Origin: Myxococcota bacterium
GTDB lineage: Bacteria; Myxococcota_A; SURF-8
NCBI GenBank assembly: GCA_965140415.1
Contig: OZ223209.1
Coordinates: 32,001-96,000 of the forward strand
Length of the DNA stretch: 64,000 nucleotides
Reading direction: 5' to 3'
The notes beneath the pieces were generated by a model. It was not told the DNA's origin. It did no database searches and was given only the letters and a program-made list of their open reading frames with translations. The first letter of the stretch is position 1. Each line of letters opens with the position of its first letter. This document shows, in pieces, positions 1 to 9,796 of the stretch. A program made the position numbers and the translations under genes.

Positions 1-3000
1 CAGTATCCTGAAAAAATCCTGTAAGCGCGATAGAGCCATCCGTCAACTCTACAACACTGTGACCGTAATCTGCCGATTCCCCCCCGAATGTTCTGCTCCA
101 TCTATGGTCTCCGTTGGCATCAAAGACACTTACAAAAACATCACTTTCGCCGCTTGATGAATGATTTTCTGTACCTGAGCCAGGATCGAAATCGACTGTA
201 TATTGAAAATGGCCAACCACTGCTAGTCCACCATCTGAGAGTTGTGTAATACCTTTGCCATAGTCATCAGATGTACCCCCAAAAACTCGGCTCCACCTAT
301 ATTCGCCAGTATTTGAAAACACAGTAACAAATACATCACTGGATGTACCACTTGCAGTATATTCATCCTCAGCTTCGCTCGGATCAAAATCGACTGTTCT
401 CTGAAAATGTCCAGTTACAGCAAAGCCACCATCTACCAATTGTGTGATTGCCCACCCATCATCGCCCATTGTCCCTCCGAACGTCTTGCCCCAAATATAG
501 TTCCCGCTCGAATCGAAAATGCTTAGAAACACATCTTGAGAACCGTTAGATGTGTGGTTGTCCTCTTCGTCACTAGGATCGAAGTCAACCGTATCATGGA
601 TATAACCTGCCAAGGCCATACCACCATCGGCAAGTTGGACAATCCCTCCAAGAGCTAGGTCCACACCAGTACCCCCAAACGTTACTGCCCAACCAGCATC
701 ATAGCATCCATAAATTGCATCACAGGCGTCGTGGGTTTTGGGATTATTGTCTAAGTCACAGTACAGATCATCAGGCTCGCCCGCTGTGCAGATGCCATTC
801 TGACATTCATCCAGTGTGCAATCCACCCCATCAAACTCGCAGCCTTCACCATTCTCGATGTGATTATCCAAGCACACACCCGCGCCATTGCAGGTATCCG
901 GTGCGGTGCAGGTTGTGGTTTCCGTGCTGCCGCAGGCCGTGCCTGCCGGGTCGAAGCAGGAATCGACATCCTCCTGGCAGGTGTTGCACTCGGTTTCCGG
1001 GCAGGGGTTGCCATCGTGAATGCATTCACCCGAACCGTTGCAGGTATCGTCGCCGTTGCAGAACAGGCTGTCGTCGCAGTCGTAACCGAAGCTGCGCCAG
1101 GTCCAGATGTCGGTAGCGACGCCCGTGTCGCAGTAGTGGCAGCGGTTGTCGGACTGCTCCTGGTTGTGCTGATAACAGGTCTCGTCGATCAGGCAGCGTC
1201 CCTGCTTCAAGGTGTGGTTGCATTGCCCGTTCGTCGCACAAAGATCGTCGGTGCAGGAGAGGGTGTCGTCCGTGCAGATCTCGCTTTCATGCGCGGCTAG
1301 ATTGTGCTTGCACGTGCGATCCGTATCGCAGAAGGGCTCCGAGCATTCCAAGCCATCGTCGGCCAGATCCGAACACCCCGCCGCCGTGGTGCAGTCTTTA
1401 CAATACCCACTGCCATCGCACTGGTCCGAATCGTCTCCCGTGCCGCCAACCTGACAGGCAGTGTTGGCCGCATAGTTATTGAACGAGCAGACGCCGTTCT
1501 GACACTGCATTTCCGTGCATTCGCCATCGCGGCCATTCCAGGACATGTCGCCGCAGCCATTGACGTTCACACAGTCTTTGCAATATCCGCTGCCGTCGCA
1601 TTGATCGGAATCGTCGCCGCTGCCGTCCGATTGACACAGGGTGTTCGCGGCATCGTTACTGAACGAGCAGGTGTTGTTCTGGCATTGCATCTGCGCGCAT
1701 TCATCATCGCGTTCGCCCCAGTCCAGATCCGAACAGCCACCCACATCGTAGCAATCCTCGCAGGTGCCGGAAACGCACTGGTCATCCGTGCCACAGGCCG
1801 TGCCGTCGGTCATGGGCGTCCAGGAGGTGTCGTTGTAGAAAAGATCGCATTTCTGACAGGAGTTAGTCGGATCGGTATGCAGATTCTGATAGCACTCTCC
1901 TCCGATGTAACACCAACCGCCAGCGGTGTCCGCGCTCCATTCGTCGTCCGCACCCGAACCGTAGGGATTGCAGACCAGGCAGTCTTTCGGTCCCCGCGCC
2001 CCGGTGGCGTAGCAGGTACCGTCGATGTAGCAGTCGCAGATTTCCGGGTCGGCATCGCCGTCGGGTATGTCCACATCGCCATCGGGATTTTCGAGATAGG
2101 CGGCATCCCATTGCAGCGGATCGTTGATGATGCCACAGTCGATCACCTGAGCGCCAGCCGGGTTTCTAAGTGGCGACCAGCAATATTCCTGAAGAAGGGC
2201 CAGGTCTTCGTAACGGAATGCGGAGTCGCTGTCGTCCGGTCGGTAGTCGTATTGCCCATCGGGCACGGACTCGTCCCACAAATCGTAGTAGGGCCAGTCT
2301 TTGAACTGCTGGACCGCTGCCAGATAATACTGGTAAATGAGAGCGGCTTCGCTCGATTTGAGCGGCAGTCCCTCCGAGGCCGCCTGCAAAATGTAGTGAG
2401 CCAGATCGCGGTCCCATTTGTCGCCATAGGCCAGTCGTTCATCGTCGTCCGCCATGTAACGGTCGATGCGCATCCCCAGCCCTTCAAGCAATGTTTCCGC
2501 CGTGCTGTCACGATGGCGAAGCAGGGAGCCGCCCAGGGCAGCCGTATGCCAGTTGCGAACGATTGCATAATTGTAATAATGAACAGCGGTGGCCGTGGTT
2601 TCGTAACTGTTGTTGTCGTATAAACCACAGTTGTTGCTCAGAGGCGCAGCATAGCCGATCAGGGCGGCTGAAAGCTTGGCCCCGCACTCGGCATTGGGAA
2701 AAAGGTCTTCCCAGTCGACAAAGCTGGCGATATCGCCCACAGACTGATCCGCCTCGGTATCACCCGTGTGACCGGGAATGAAGGGATTGCCGTTTTCGTC
2801 TTTACTGCGGATGTAGTAGCCACTGTCCACGATATCGCGGGTGAAGCCCTGTAGATATTGCCAGGCTTCGGCGGCGGCGGCTTTGACGTCTGCGTCGGGT
2901 GCGTATTCGGCGGCGTAACGGATGAACGGAGCGGCGCGGAAGATATGGGCAGCATTATCCTTGGACTGCATATTGGTTACCCATACCGATCCCCAACTCG

Positions 3001-5296
3001 GGTTATTCGCATAATTGAAACGGCTCGCATTCCATAGTGAGGATGAGTAGTACCAGGCGCTGAAGTCCACGGCTTTATTCCGGCCATCAACCGTGAAGGA
3101 ATGGTTCTCACCCACAATATTGCGCGCCATTAAATAGTCCTGCTGGTCGTACTCGTCATACATCATGCCCAGCATGGCCGCGGTGATTCCCTTGCAGTAC
3201 TGTTTCACAATCTCACCGGCATCGCTGTCGCCTGTCGAAAGGTAGGCACCGATAGCCTGAGACAGCACTTTCGATGTTCTAATGAAGATGTTGTGACCGC
3301 CACCCGTGCCGTCGTTGTGCTTGAATGTGACTGTGTCCCCCGATTTGATGGCTTCCACGTCGCTCCACCAGACCATCCAGTCCCGCTTGCCCGTGGAGGC
3401 GTCGTTGCCGTGGCTCGTGCGGCGGACATGTTGCCAGTAATCGATTTTCTGCCAGAGTCCCGTAATGCTGCGGCTCAGGTGTTCGATTTGCTCCTCCGAA
3501 AGAGGCGTCCCCTCATCCTCGCGTGTAAATTCAAAAGGCAGGGCCTCCGGTAGATCCTCTGACATTTCGAATTCAAAATCGCCATCAGGCATATCCACAT
3601 CGCCATCGGTAACCACGCAGGGAAGCGAGTTGAAATCGAATGCGCCGTTACTGCGAGTGACTTGCCAAGTCAATAGATCGCCTTCCTCGTCCATCTCGTC
3701 CTGAAGCAGGCAGGTCGAGCCTTGCCTGTCATCGGTTTTGGAAAGCAGAACATTCACCAGAGTATTGCTCTGATTCAAGCAGACGCCCTGGGTTATCTCT
3801 TGCGCGCAATCTTCATCGAAGCGGGCGGTAAGCGTGTAGGTGCCGTCGCAGGGATCGATGTGGCTAATGCGTTCCCGCAGGCCGTTTGCGGCGCTGTCCG
3901 TGTTTTCAAGAACGAAGGCCGAACCGCAGCTTGAGAATATACATTCGTGAGACGCATTCATGCTTTGATCGTCGCAGAGCGTGCCATTGGGAACTTGCCA
4001 GCCGAGTTGCACGTTCATCTCGCCTTCGCCGGTAAAGGTCATTTCGATGTCGATTTGGTCCTCATTGCCGTAGTTCACAAGCACCCGTTTCGAAAAGGAA
4101 CTCAAGCCGCGGCTGTCGGTGACGACCAGTTCCACAACGTATTGACCCACAATATCCACTTCAAATGTCACGATTCCACTTTGCTCGTTTGGAGACAGAG
4201 TTGCGTTGGATAACGCTGGCTTCGTGAGACTCCATTGATATTCCAGGGGGTAATCGCCATCAGGGTCGTAGCTGATCGTTCCATACAGCGTAAGGCGCTT
4301 CTGGGCGCTTGTTGCGGTGGAAGGAATTGTAATGGGAGCGGTAATGTCCGCACCATTGTCGGAGAGCGCGACCAAGGCGACGGGGAGCATGTTTTCACTG
4401 TCGCCGTCGATGTCACCATCGGAGGTATCCTGATCGGTGTCCGTCTGTTCCTGATCCGTATCCGTCTGTTCCACATCTCCGTCCGACTGTTCTTCGTCAC
4501 CATCGGGAAACACGCACTCGCCCTTGTTGAAGGTGAAGGTCGCTTCGAGCGTGCCGGTAGACTGAAGCACAAGATCGTAGCCGTTCTGATTCGTCGTTAA
4601 ATACAGATCCCAAAGCGCGTCATCCAAGATTTGGGTGCTGTCATGTACACAGCCTGAGATCTCGCCGCTGGTGGTCGCAACAAGCGGTAATCCGCTGATC
4701 GAGTAGTTGTACTTGCAGTCATTGGGCGTGCCGTCCTCGATCTGGATTACGATTCCGTAGAAAGAATTCTGTTCGGTCGGGTCCATGCAGTAGGTACCGA
4801 CGAAATCCGGGCAGTCGCAGGGATCGATTTCATGATCCGTTTCGATTTCGTCCGTATCGCCATCCGGAAGGTCAGAGTCGTGATCACCATCCGGTGTGTC
4901 GCCGTCAGACGTATCACCATCAGGTGTATCGCCATCAGGTGTATCGCCGTCGGGAGAATCGGAGTCACGGTCACCATCGGGAGTATCACCATCGAACGTG
5001 TCTCCGTCTGGAGTATCGCCATCGGCAAAATCAAGATCGAAATCGAGGTCGAAATCGCCATCGGGAGTGTCGCCGTCTGGTGTATCTCCATCCGGATTTT
5101 CGGAGTCTGCAAGATCCGAATCACTCGGATTGCTAACGCAAAGTCCCTCCACGCAGTGCAGGCCGTCGTCACAACTCAGATCGGCATAGCACTTTTCGCC
5201 CGCGCCGCCGTAGTTTTCATAACCACTACACGCGCAGAGCAGGCAAACCAGCCCGAGTAATCCCGCTATTCCGAAACGTCGCCAATATGATTTCAT
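1..5296 (-). CDS. Giant modular lipoprotein (>1765 aa, runs off the left edge): DGD linkers, PKD/Ig-like domain, unknown central domain, Cys-rich repeats, SBBP-like beta-propeller blades
   Basis: Absent from the ORF track, consistent with no stop inside the window. Manual translation from ATG 5296 (GGAG upstream) gives MKSYWRRFGIAGLLGLVCLLCAC, then (TPDGD)n, then LTLYGTISYDPDGDYPLEYQW...GQYVVELVVTDSRG. The same frame at 1-700 gives repeats of the form W(G/S)xxFGGxxxDxGxxIxQLxDGGxAVxGHFQxTVDFDP. Confidence 0.85.
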   Translation of the reverse strand, partial: MKSYWRRFGIAGLLGLVCLLCACSGYENYGGAGEKCYADLSCDDGLHCVEGLCVSNPSDSDLADSENPDGDTPDGDTPDGDFDLDFDLDFADGDTPDGDTFDGDTPDGDRDSDSPDGDTPDGDTPDGDTSDGDTPDGDHDSDLPDGDTDEIETDHEIDPCDCPDFVGTYCMDPTEQNSFYGIVIQIEDGTPNDCKYNYSISGLPLVATTSGEISGCVHDSTQILDDALWDLYLTTNQNGYDLVLQSTGTLEATFTFNKGECVFPDGDEEQSDGDVEQTDTDQEQTDTDQDTSDGDIDGDSENMLPVALVALSDNGADITAPITIPSTATSAQKRLTLYGTISYDPDGDYPLEYQWSLTKPALSNATLSPNEQSGIVTFEVDIVGQYVVELVVTDSRGLSSFSKRVLVNYGNEDQIDIEMTFTGEGEMNVQLGWQVPNGTLCDDQSMNASHECIFSSCGSAFVLENTDSAANGLRERISHIDPCDGTYTLTARFDEDCAQEITQGVCLNQSNTLVNVLLSKTDDRQGSTCLLQDEMDEEGDLLTWQVTRSNGAFDFNSLPCVVTDGDVDMPDGDFEFEMSEDLPEALPFEFTREDEGTPLSEEQIEHLSRSITGLWQKIDYWQHVRRTSHGNDASTGKRDWMVWWSDVEAIKSGDTVTFKHNDGTGGGHNIFIRTSKVLSQAIGAYLSTGDSDAGEIVKQYCKGITAAMLGMMYDEYDQQDYLMARNIVGENHSFTVDGRNKAVDFSAWYYSSSLWNASRFNYANNPSWGSVWVTNMQSKDNAAHIFRAAPFIRYAAEYAPDADVKAAAAEAWQYLQGFTRDIVDSGYYIRSKDENGNPFIPGHTGDTEADQSVGDIASFVDWEDLFPNAECGAKLSAALIGYAAPLSNNCGLYDNNSYETTATAVHYYNYAIVRNWHTAALGGSLLRHRDSTAETLLEGLGMRIDRYMADDDERLAYGDKWDRDLAHYILQAASEGLPLKSSEAALIYQYYLAAVQQFKDWPYYDLWDESVPDGQYDYRPDDSDSAFRYEDLALLQEYCWSPLRNPAGAQVIDCGIINDPLQWDAAYLENPDGDVDIPDGDADPEICDCYIDGTCYATGARGPKDCLVCNPYGSGADDEWSADTAGGWCYIGGECYQNLHTDPTNSCQKCDLFYNDTSWTPMTDGTACGTDDQCVSGTCEDCYDVGGCSDLDWGERDDECAQMQCQNNTCSFSNDAANTLCQSDGSGDDSDQCDGSGYCKDCVNVNGCGDMSWNGRDGECTEMQCQNGVCSFNNYAANTACQVGGTGDDSDQCDGSGYCKDCTTAAGCSDLADDGLECSEPFCDTDRTCKHNLAAHESEICTDDTLSCTDDLCATNGQCNHTLKQGRCLIDETCYQHNQEQSDNRCHYCDTGVATDIWTWRSFGYDCDDSLFCNGDDTCNGSGECIHDGNPCPETECNTCQEDVDSCFDPAGTACGSTETTTCTAPDTCNGAGVCLDNHIENGEGCEFDGVDCTLDECQNGICTAGEPDDLYCDLDNNPKTHDACDAIYGCYDAGWAVTFGGTGVDLALGGIVQLADGGMALAGYIHDTVDFDPSDEEDNHTSNGSQDVFLSIFDSSGNYIWGKTFGGTMGDDGWAITQLVDGGFAVTGHFQRTVDFDPSEAEDEYTASGTSSDVFVTVFSNTGEYRWSRVFGGTSDDYGKGITQLSDGGLAVVGHFQYTVDFDPGSGTENHSSSGESDVFVSVFDANGDHRWSRTFGGESADYGHSVVELTDGSIALTGFFQDT

Positions 5297-5355
5297 CGTT
5301 CGTTCACTCCGATCCCGACGTGTTTTCTCTTGTAAATTTTATCTGTTGCTTTGTG

Positions 5356-6261
5356 CTACCATTGCCATTGCAGGCTGGCATTGACACCCTGTTTCGTTGG
5401 CATCACTCCCAGCGACACCGGCGAGGATTCCTGGCGGTCGCCGACGGCATCCGCGATCCACAACGCGATGCCGGTGATCATCGCCGCGCCGCCGATGGCA
5501 TAGCCCGCAATCGCCACACCCTGCCAGCTATCGTGCCGCGATTCATCATCGGAACTATCCAGCTTGTTAAAGCGCGCCTCGTTGACATCGTCTGTAGCGG
5601 CTTGCGTCTGCCAGCTTCCGATGCCACCCAGCACGACGAAAGCCAGACCGGGAAAGAAGGTTCCGAAAGCGGCTTTGTTCAAGGTGCTCATGCCGGATTG
5701 CGATTTCTGCTGCACGATCGGCTCGGCTTGTGTAAGTGCGGGCTCCGGCTCCGGCGCAACTTTTCCGAATAGCTCCGCCACCGCACCCGGAATGGCTTCT
5801 ACCAGGGCGTTGATGTCTCCCTTGATCTGTTTGCCTACACGGCCAACGACATTGGCGTTTCGCACGTTGATGCGGCGTAGGTTGAGCATCCAATAGTCGC
5901 CCAGGCGACCCAGATCGCCGGAGATAGCCTCCGGCACACCCAGGGCGGAACCGATTTCGGCGATGCAACTGGTGCCGTCCACGCCGCACTGCTGCCTTTT
6001 CTCTTCGCCTTTCAGAATGGTGTGGATATCCGCTTCCGAAACGGCTTTCAAACCGGAATACTGTTCCGCTTCGGCGGTGATGAATCCGCTGATGGAATCG
6101 ATATTTTTTTCACTGACGCCCTCTTTGGCTTCCAATCGCCAGACCACGATTCCCTGGCGGGGGGAATCTGCTAGGGCCAATTGAGGAGCCACCAGTGACC
6201 ATCCAAGACATATGCCCAGGCAAACCACGATCCATCTGTACGAAAGCCAGCCGTTTTTCAT
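5356..6261 (-). CDS. Exported protein with a DUF2380/CsgG-like N-terminal domain, two hydrophobic segments and a C-terminal beta-signal-like end
   Basis: Signal peptide; SCIAEIGSALGV...GDLGRLG..W.LNLRRINV motif; C-terminus VNASLQWQW. Confidence 0.6.
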   Translation of the reverse strand: MKNGWLSYRWIVVCLGICLGWSLVAPQLALADSPRQGIVVWRLEAKEGVSEKNIDSISGFITAEAEQYSGLKAVSEADIHTILKGEEKRQQCGVDGTSCIAEIGSALGVPEAISGDLGRLGDYWMLNLRRINVRNANVVGRVGKQIKGDINALVEAIPGAVAELFGKVAPEPEPALTQAEPIVQQKSQSGMSTLNKAAFGTFFPGLAFVVLGGIGSWQTQAATDDVNEARFNKLDSSDDESRHDSWQGVAIAGYAIGGAAMITGIALWIADAVGDRQESSPVSLGVMPTKQGVNASLQWQW

Positions 6262-6393
6262 CCGCTTTACCCCGTTAGAGCTTGTATTTGTCGTTTTGAA
6301 CGCTCTTGTTGTGGACGCTAGCTTACCTCAGCAGGCCATGGCGAGCAAGCGCTTTCGAGAGCTTACACATGAGTAAAATAGAGATTGGATAAC

Positions 6394-6428
6394 AAAAAAC
6401 GGGCGACGTTATTAAAAACGCCGCCCGT
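6394..6428 (-). terminator. Intrinsic terminator of the 6458-6952 gene
   Basis: Stem ACGGGCG...CGCCCGT followed by a T-run on the minus strand. Confidence 0.6.
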
Positions 6429-6457
6429 GCCGTCATGACAGGATTTTCACTGGGAAA

Positions 6458-6952
6458 TCAGCAGTCCGGGTCGATACCTGCCGGGCAGGAATCGTCGCAG
6501 TAACCGTCATCCACACAGGAATCGAATTCACAGGCGTAAATGTCATCCATCATCGGCGTGTCGCTCGCGCAGCAGCAGTCGGGATCGTCCACGCAGGGAT
6601 AATATTCGTCCGTACCGACGGTAACGGCGTTTTCACAAACGCCGACCTTGGTGTCACAATCCGCTTTCATTTTGCCACCGAAACCGGTGCTGCCGTCGAA
6701 ATTAGGATCGCAGGTGACCGCGTCACCTTCGTCGCCATCTGTCGTCATGTCACCATCGGTGGTCGTATCGCCATCGGTCGTCATATCGCCATCTGCGGTA
6801 TCGCCGTCGGTGGTCATGTCGCCATCTGCCGTGTCGCCGTCAGCGGTGTCGCCGTCGGTGGTCGTGTCGTCATCATCGTCGCCACAACCAAGCAGCAGAA
6901 ATGCGTTCAACGCAAACAACACGCAAATCAGTAAAAACAAGGACTTTTTCAT
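6458..6952 (-). CDS. Small DGD-repeat, Cys-rich lipoprotein
   Basis: ATG 6952 with GGAGG upstream; lipobox LLLGC-GDDDD; about 8 DGD units, then a Cys-rich tail ending CPAGIDPDC. Confidence 0.8.
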   Translation of the reverse strand: MKKSLFLLICVLFALNAFLLLGCGDDDDDTTTDGDTADGDTADGDMTTDGDTADGDMTTDGDTTTDGDMTTDGDEGDAVTCDPNFDGSTGFGGKMKADCDTKVGVCENAVTVGTDEYYPCVDDPDCCCASDTPMMDDIYACEFDSCVDDGYCDDSCPAGIDPDC

Positions 6953-7232
6953 CTGTTTCTCCTCCCTGAAGGTTTTCAATCGGACCGGGTGTGATTGTCG
7001 ATGCACCCATGCCACCGGATAAATTGGAAAATTCTGTTTCACAATGTTCTACTCATTATACTATATTGACTGTCAGTTCGTCAATATCGGAGGAAATCTC
7101 GGGAAATCTTTAGGGGTCTCTTTCTTTCATCCTGACCGGGAGAGAGGTATACTGTAACGATTGAACGGGATTCCCGATTTCTGTTGAATGGTATCGAAAA
7201 ACGAGGATGCTTTCCCTCTAAAGAGTACGACC

Positions 7233-7772
7233 ATGAACGATCGTAACGAACAAGCAAACGCCTTGGTATCGCTGCTAGCCGGATTATTGCTGGTTGCGGC
7301 GTTGGGTGTGGCGATGGGGATCATTCTGCGCGATTCCGTCGCCGTGATTCCGCAGCAGCATCAGCAAAAGATTGCCTGCGCAATGGCGATTGCGCAAGTG
7401 ATACGGCAGGCGAACGAGGAAGCGGATCGCATGGATCGCGATAACAGCGCCAGTGAAAAGGTCAAAGGGCTTTGCGGAAAGCGCGTGTTGGAAACCCTGC
7501 AATTGCTGGAAGACATCGCCCGCGGTCAGGGGCGCGTCGATGAAATCCAGAACGCGCGGGAGTTCTGGGCAACGCAGGAAAGCGACTCTCAACAGGAGGG
7601 ACATTGTCCGCCGTTGTGGCCTAAAACCCGCGATGCCTACTGGCGGGCGGATCGTGCCTGCGTACTGGCATTACCGGGTTTTGTATGGCCGGTGGCTCTC
7701 GGCGTCTGGGGTGGTGGTGCGTTATTGGTGTTGGTCCTATTTCTTGTTTTCCGTAGAAAATCAACTCGGTAG
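7233..7772 (+). CDS. Hypothetical membrane protein with N- and C-terminal transmembrane segments
   Basis: Two hydrophobic segments and a basic tail RRKSTR; start uncertain (7188 or 7233). Confidence 0.55.
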   Translation: MNDRNEQANALVSLLAGLLLVAALGVAMGIILRDSVAVIPQQHQQKIACAMAIAQVIRQANEEADRMDRDNSASEKVKGLCGKRVLETLQLLEDIARGQGRVDEIQNAREFWATQESDSQQEGHCPPLWPKTRDAYWRADRACVLALPGFVWPVALGVWGGGALLVLVLFLVFRRKSTR

Positions 7773-7783
7773 CAGACTGCCTT

Positions 7784-7807
7784 TATTCCGACATCGATGT
7801 CGGAATA
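7784..7807. repeat. Perfect 24-bp palindrome
   Basis: TATTCCGACATC|GATGTCGGAATA with no loop. Confidence 0.85.
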
Positions 7808-7952
7808 GTCGCGTTTACTTGTCAGTCAGTTTTTTGAAATTACGATGGTGGAATTCTTAATTGTTTGTAATCAGATAACAATTTCATTGGCTTGAATCTT
7901 GCTAATTATTTCGGCATTTCGTACGATATTTTGGAAATGGATGAAGGAGAGA

Positions 7953-8483
7953 ATGATGCCTGAGATCAAGATTTGTGTGTTTACACTGTTGTCCTTTTTG
8001 TTATTGCTCGCCTGTGGCGATTCCGACAACAACCTGGCGCAGGATGTACAAGTCAGCGATTGCGGCGGCTTCGATGCGCCCAGTGCACGATTGATGGATG
8101 ACGAACTTGACTGCGGCGATGAAATGCTGAGCTTTCAATATGATGAATCCACCCAGATGTTGACCTTGTTGCATGAAAATCTGTATCTGAACTGCTGCGG
8201 CAATCACGCGGTGCAGGTTACGGAACTGGAAGATGGCAGTGGTTTCGAAGTAAAAGAAACCGACGATCCGATGGACGAAGGCCGCTGCGCGTGCATGTGC
8301 CTGTTCGACAATTCGGCCAAGATACAGCTGCTCTCTTCTGCATCGATCAATGTGAAGGTGATTGTCTACGTCAGTGACTCCGACTCGCCCAAACGCACCG
8401 TTTGGCAGGGCAGCATCGATCCGGCAGATGGCTCGGGGTCCGTATTGATTAGAGAAGATGCCAGCTACTGCAATGCCCAGTAG
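7953..8483 (+). CDS. Lipoprotein with one NCC/CxCxC domain
   Basis: AAGGAG before ATG; lipobox LLLAC; SDCGG...HENLYLNCC...ETDD...CACMCLFD. Confidence 0.75.
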   Translation: MMPEIKICVFTLLSFLLLLACGDSDNNLAQDVQVSDCGGFDAPSARLMDDELDCGDEMLSFQYDESTQMLTLLHENLYLNCCGNHAVQVTELEDGSGFEVKETDDPMDEGRCACMCLFDNSAKIQLLSSASINVKVIVYVSDSDSPKRTVWQGSIDPADGSGSVLIREDASYCNAQ

Positions 8484-8517
8484 TAGCGTCTATTTCTGTT
8501 AGGAAGTGTGAAACAGG

Positions 8518-9645
8518 ATGCGCGGTCTATACAACCGGTTGATTGAACGTCTGCGAACAGAAGGTGGCGTTTCCGAAATTTTCAGACTCGGCCTTCGATA
8601 TGTGGCAACGCAAACCGCCTGGCGACTTTCGATGAAACCGCTGGGCGGTCCGCTTTCCGGAACATTGGTGCTGACTTTTCGCTGTAATGAAGCCTGTACC
8701 ATGTGCGACCTACCTTCCCGCGCCAAAGGCGCCGAAAGCGCTGAAATCTCTACCGAAACATGGCTCAGAATCGTCGACGAAATGGCGGATCTAGGGGTGA
8801 CGGCCATGAGTATCACCGGCGGGGAACCGCTGCTGCACCCTGATTTCGTCCTGATTGCGCGCCGCATCGTGGCGCATCATCACCTGCCTTTGGTGCTCAG
8901 CAGTAACGGTCTGCTCTTTGCCGATCCTTCCATGACCGAAGCGATTTTGTCTGTGGCTCCCACTCGCATCAACATCAGTATCGATGCCGATGAGGCGGCG
9001 TTGTACGACCGTCTTCGGGGGCGGAAAGGAGCCTGGGAGCGCCTTCACGACGCGCTGAACGTCTTGATGGAAACTCGCAAGCGGATTGCACCCAATGTTG
9101 CATTGAACGCAGTCTGTGTGGTGTCGCCAGACAATGCGGACCGATTGTCAGCTATTGTAAACCATTGCGAGAACCTGGGTTTCGACTCTATCGGATTCAT
9201 GCCGCTACATGCTTTCAGTCCCGCTCATCAAACCAATGCCGCGCCAGTCCCGATACTTGATGCCAAAACGACGAAAACCGCCGTTGACGTCCTGCTTAAA
9301 AAGAAGCGTTCTCGTGGCATCCGCATCGAGAACACGGAAACCTATCTCAAACAGTTCGAATCGGCTTTTTCAGGCAAACCGGCTCCATTACCCTGTGTCA
9401 GCGGCTATGCGCGTATTCTCGTCGATCCCTACGGTAATGTGTTTCCCTGCTGGCCATTTCTCGAATGGAACCGCCCGCCGGTCGGCAATATCGCCCATGC
9501 ACCACTTGGCGCTCTATGGAACTCCACGACGTATCAGCAGCAACGGCAGCAGATGCAGTCCTGTCGTGCCTGTTACTGGAACTGCCAGGTGGAAGCCAAC
9601 ATTCTGTTTCACCTACCTCTGCTCGGCCTACACAAACAGGGTTGA
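8518..9645 (+). CDS. Radical SAM protein with SPASM/twitch domain
   Basis: CNEACTMC, TGGEPLL, C-terminal CVSG...GNVFPC...CRACYWNC. Confidence 0.88.
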   Translation: MRGLYNRLIERLRTEGGVSEIFRLGLRYVATQTAWRLSMKPLGGPLSGTLVLTFRCNEACTMCDLPSRAKGAESAEISTETWLRIVDEMADLGVTAMSITGGEPLLHPDFVLIARRIVAHHHLPLVLSSNGLLFADPSMTEAILSVAPTRINISIDADEAALYDRLRGRKGAWERLHDALNVLMETRKRIAPNVALNAVCVVSPDNADRLSAIVNHCENLGFDSIGFMPLHAFSPAHQTNAAPVPILDAKTTKTAVDVLLKKKRSRGIRIENTETYLKQFESAFSGKPAPLPCVSGYARILVDPYGNVFPCWPFLEWNRPPVGNIAHAPLGALWNSTTYQQQRQQMQSCRACYWNCQVEANILFHLPLLGLHKQG

Positions 9646-9796
9646 TTTCTCATATTGTTAGAACGTGGTTTGAAATAAATTCGACGTCTGTGTTTGAAAT
9701 TTGTATCTTGACTTTCCCTCGATATGTCGGCTAATGTCAGCTTGTTCACCACTATAGTACTACGTAACGCGAACTAAAAAAGACGGGAGCTTTCGT

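Noticed and set aside
1304-5772. Long plus-strand ORFs such as 1304-2623, 4832-5260 and 5287-5772 (likewise 14211-15566, 20614-22263, 41754-43010, 42958-44097)
   Set aside because: They are antisense shadows of well-supported minus-strand genes; the SPS and VAIG repeats are other-frame readings of DGD codons.
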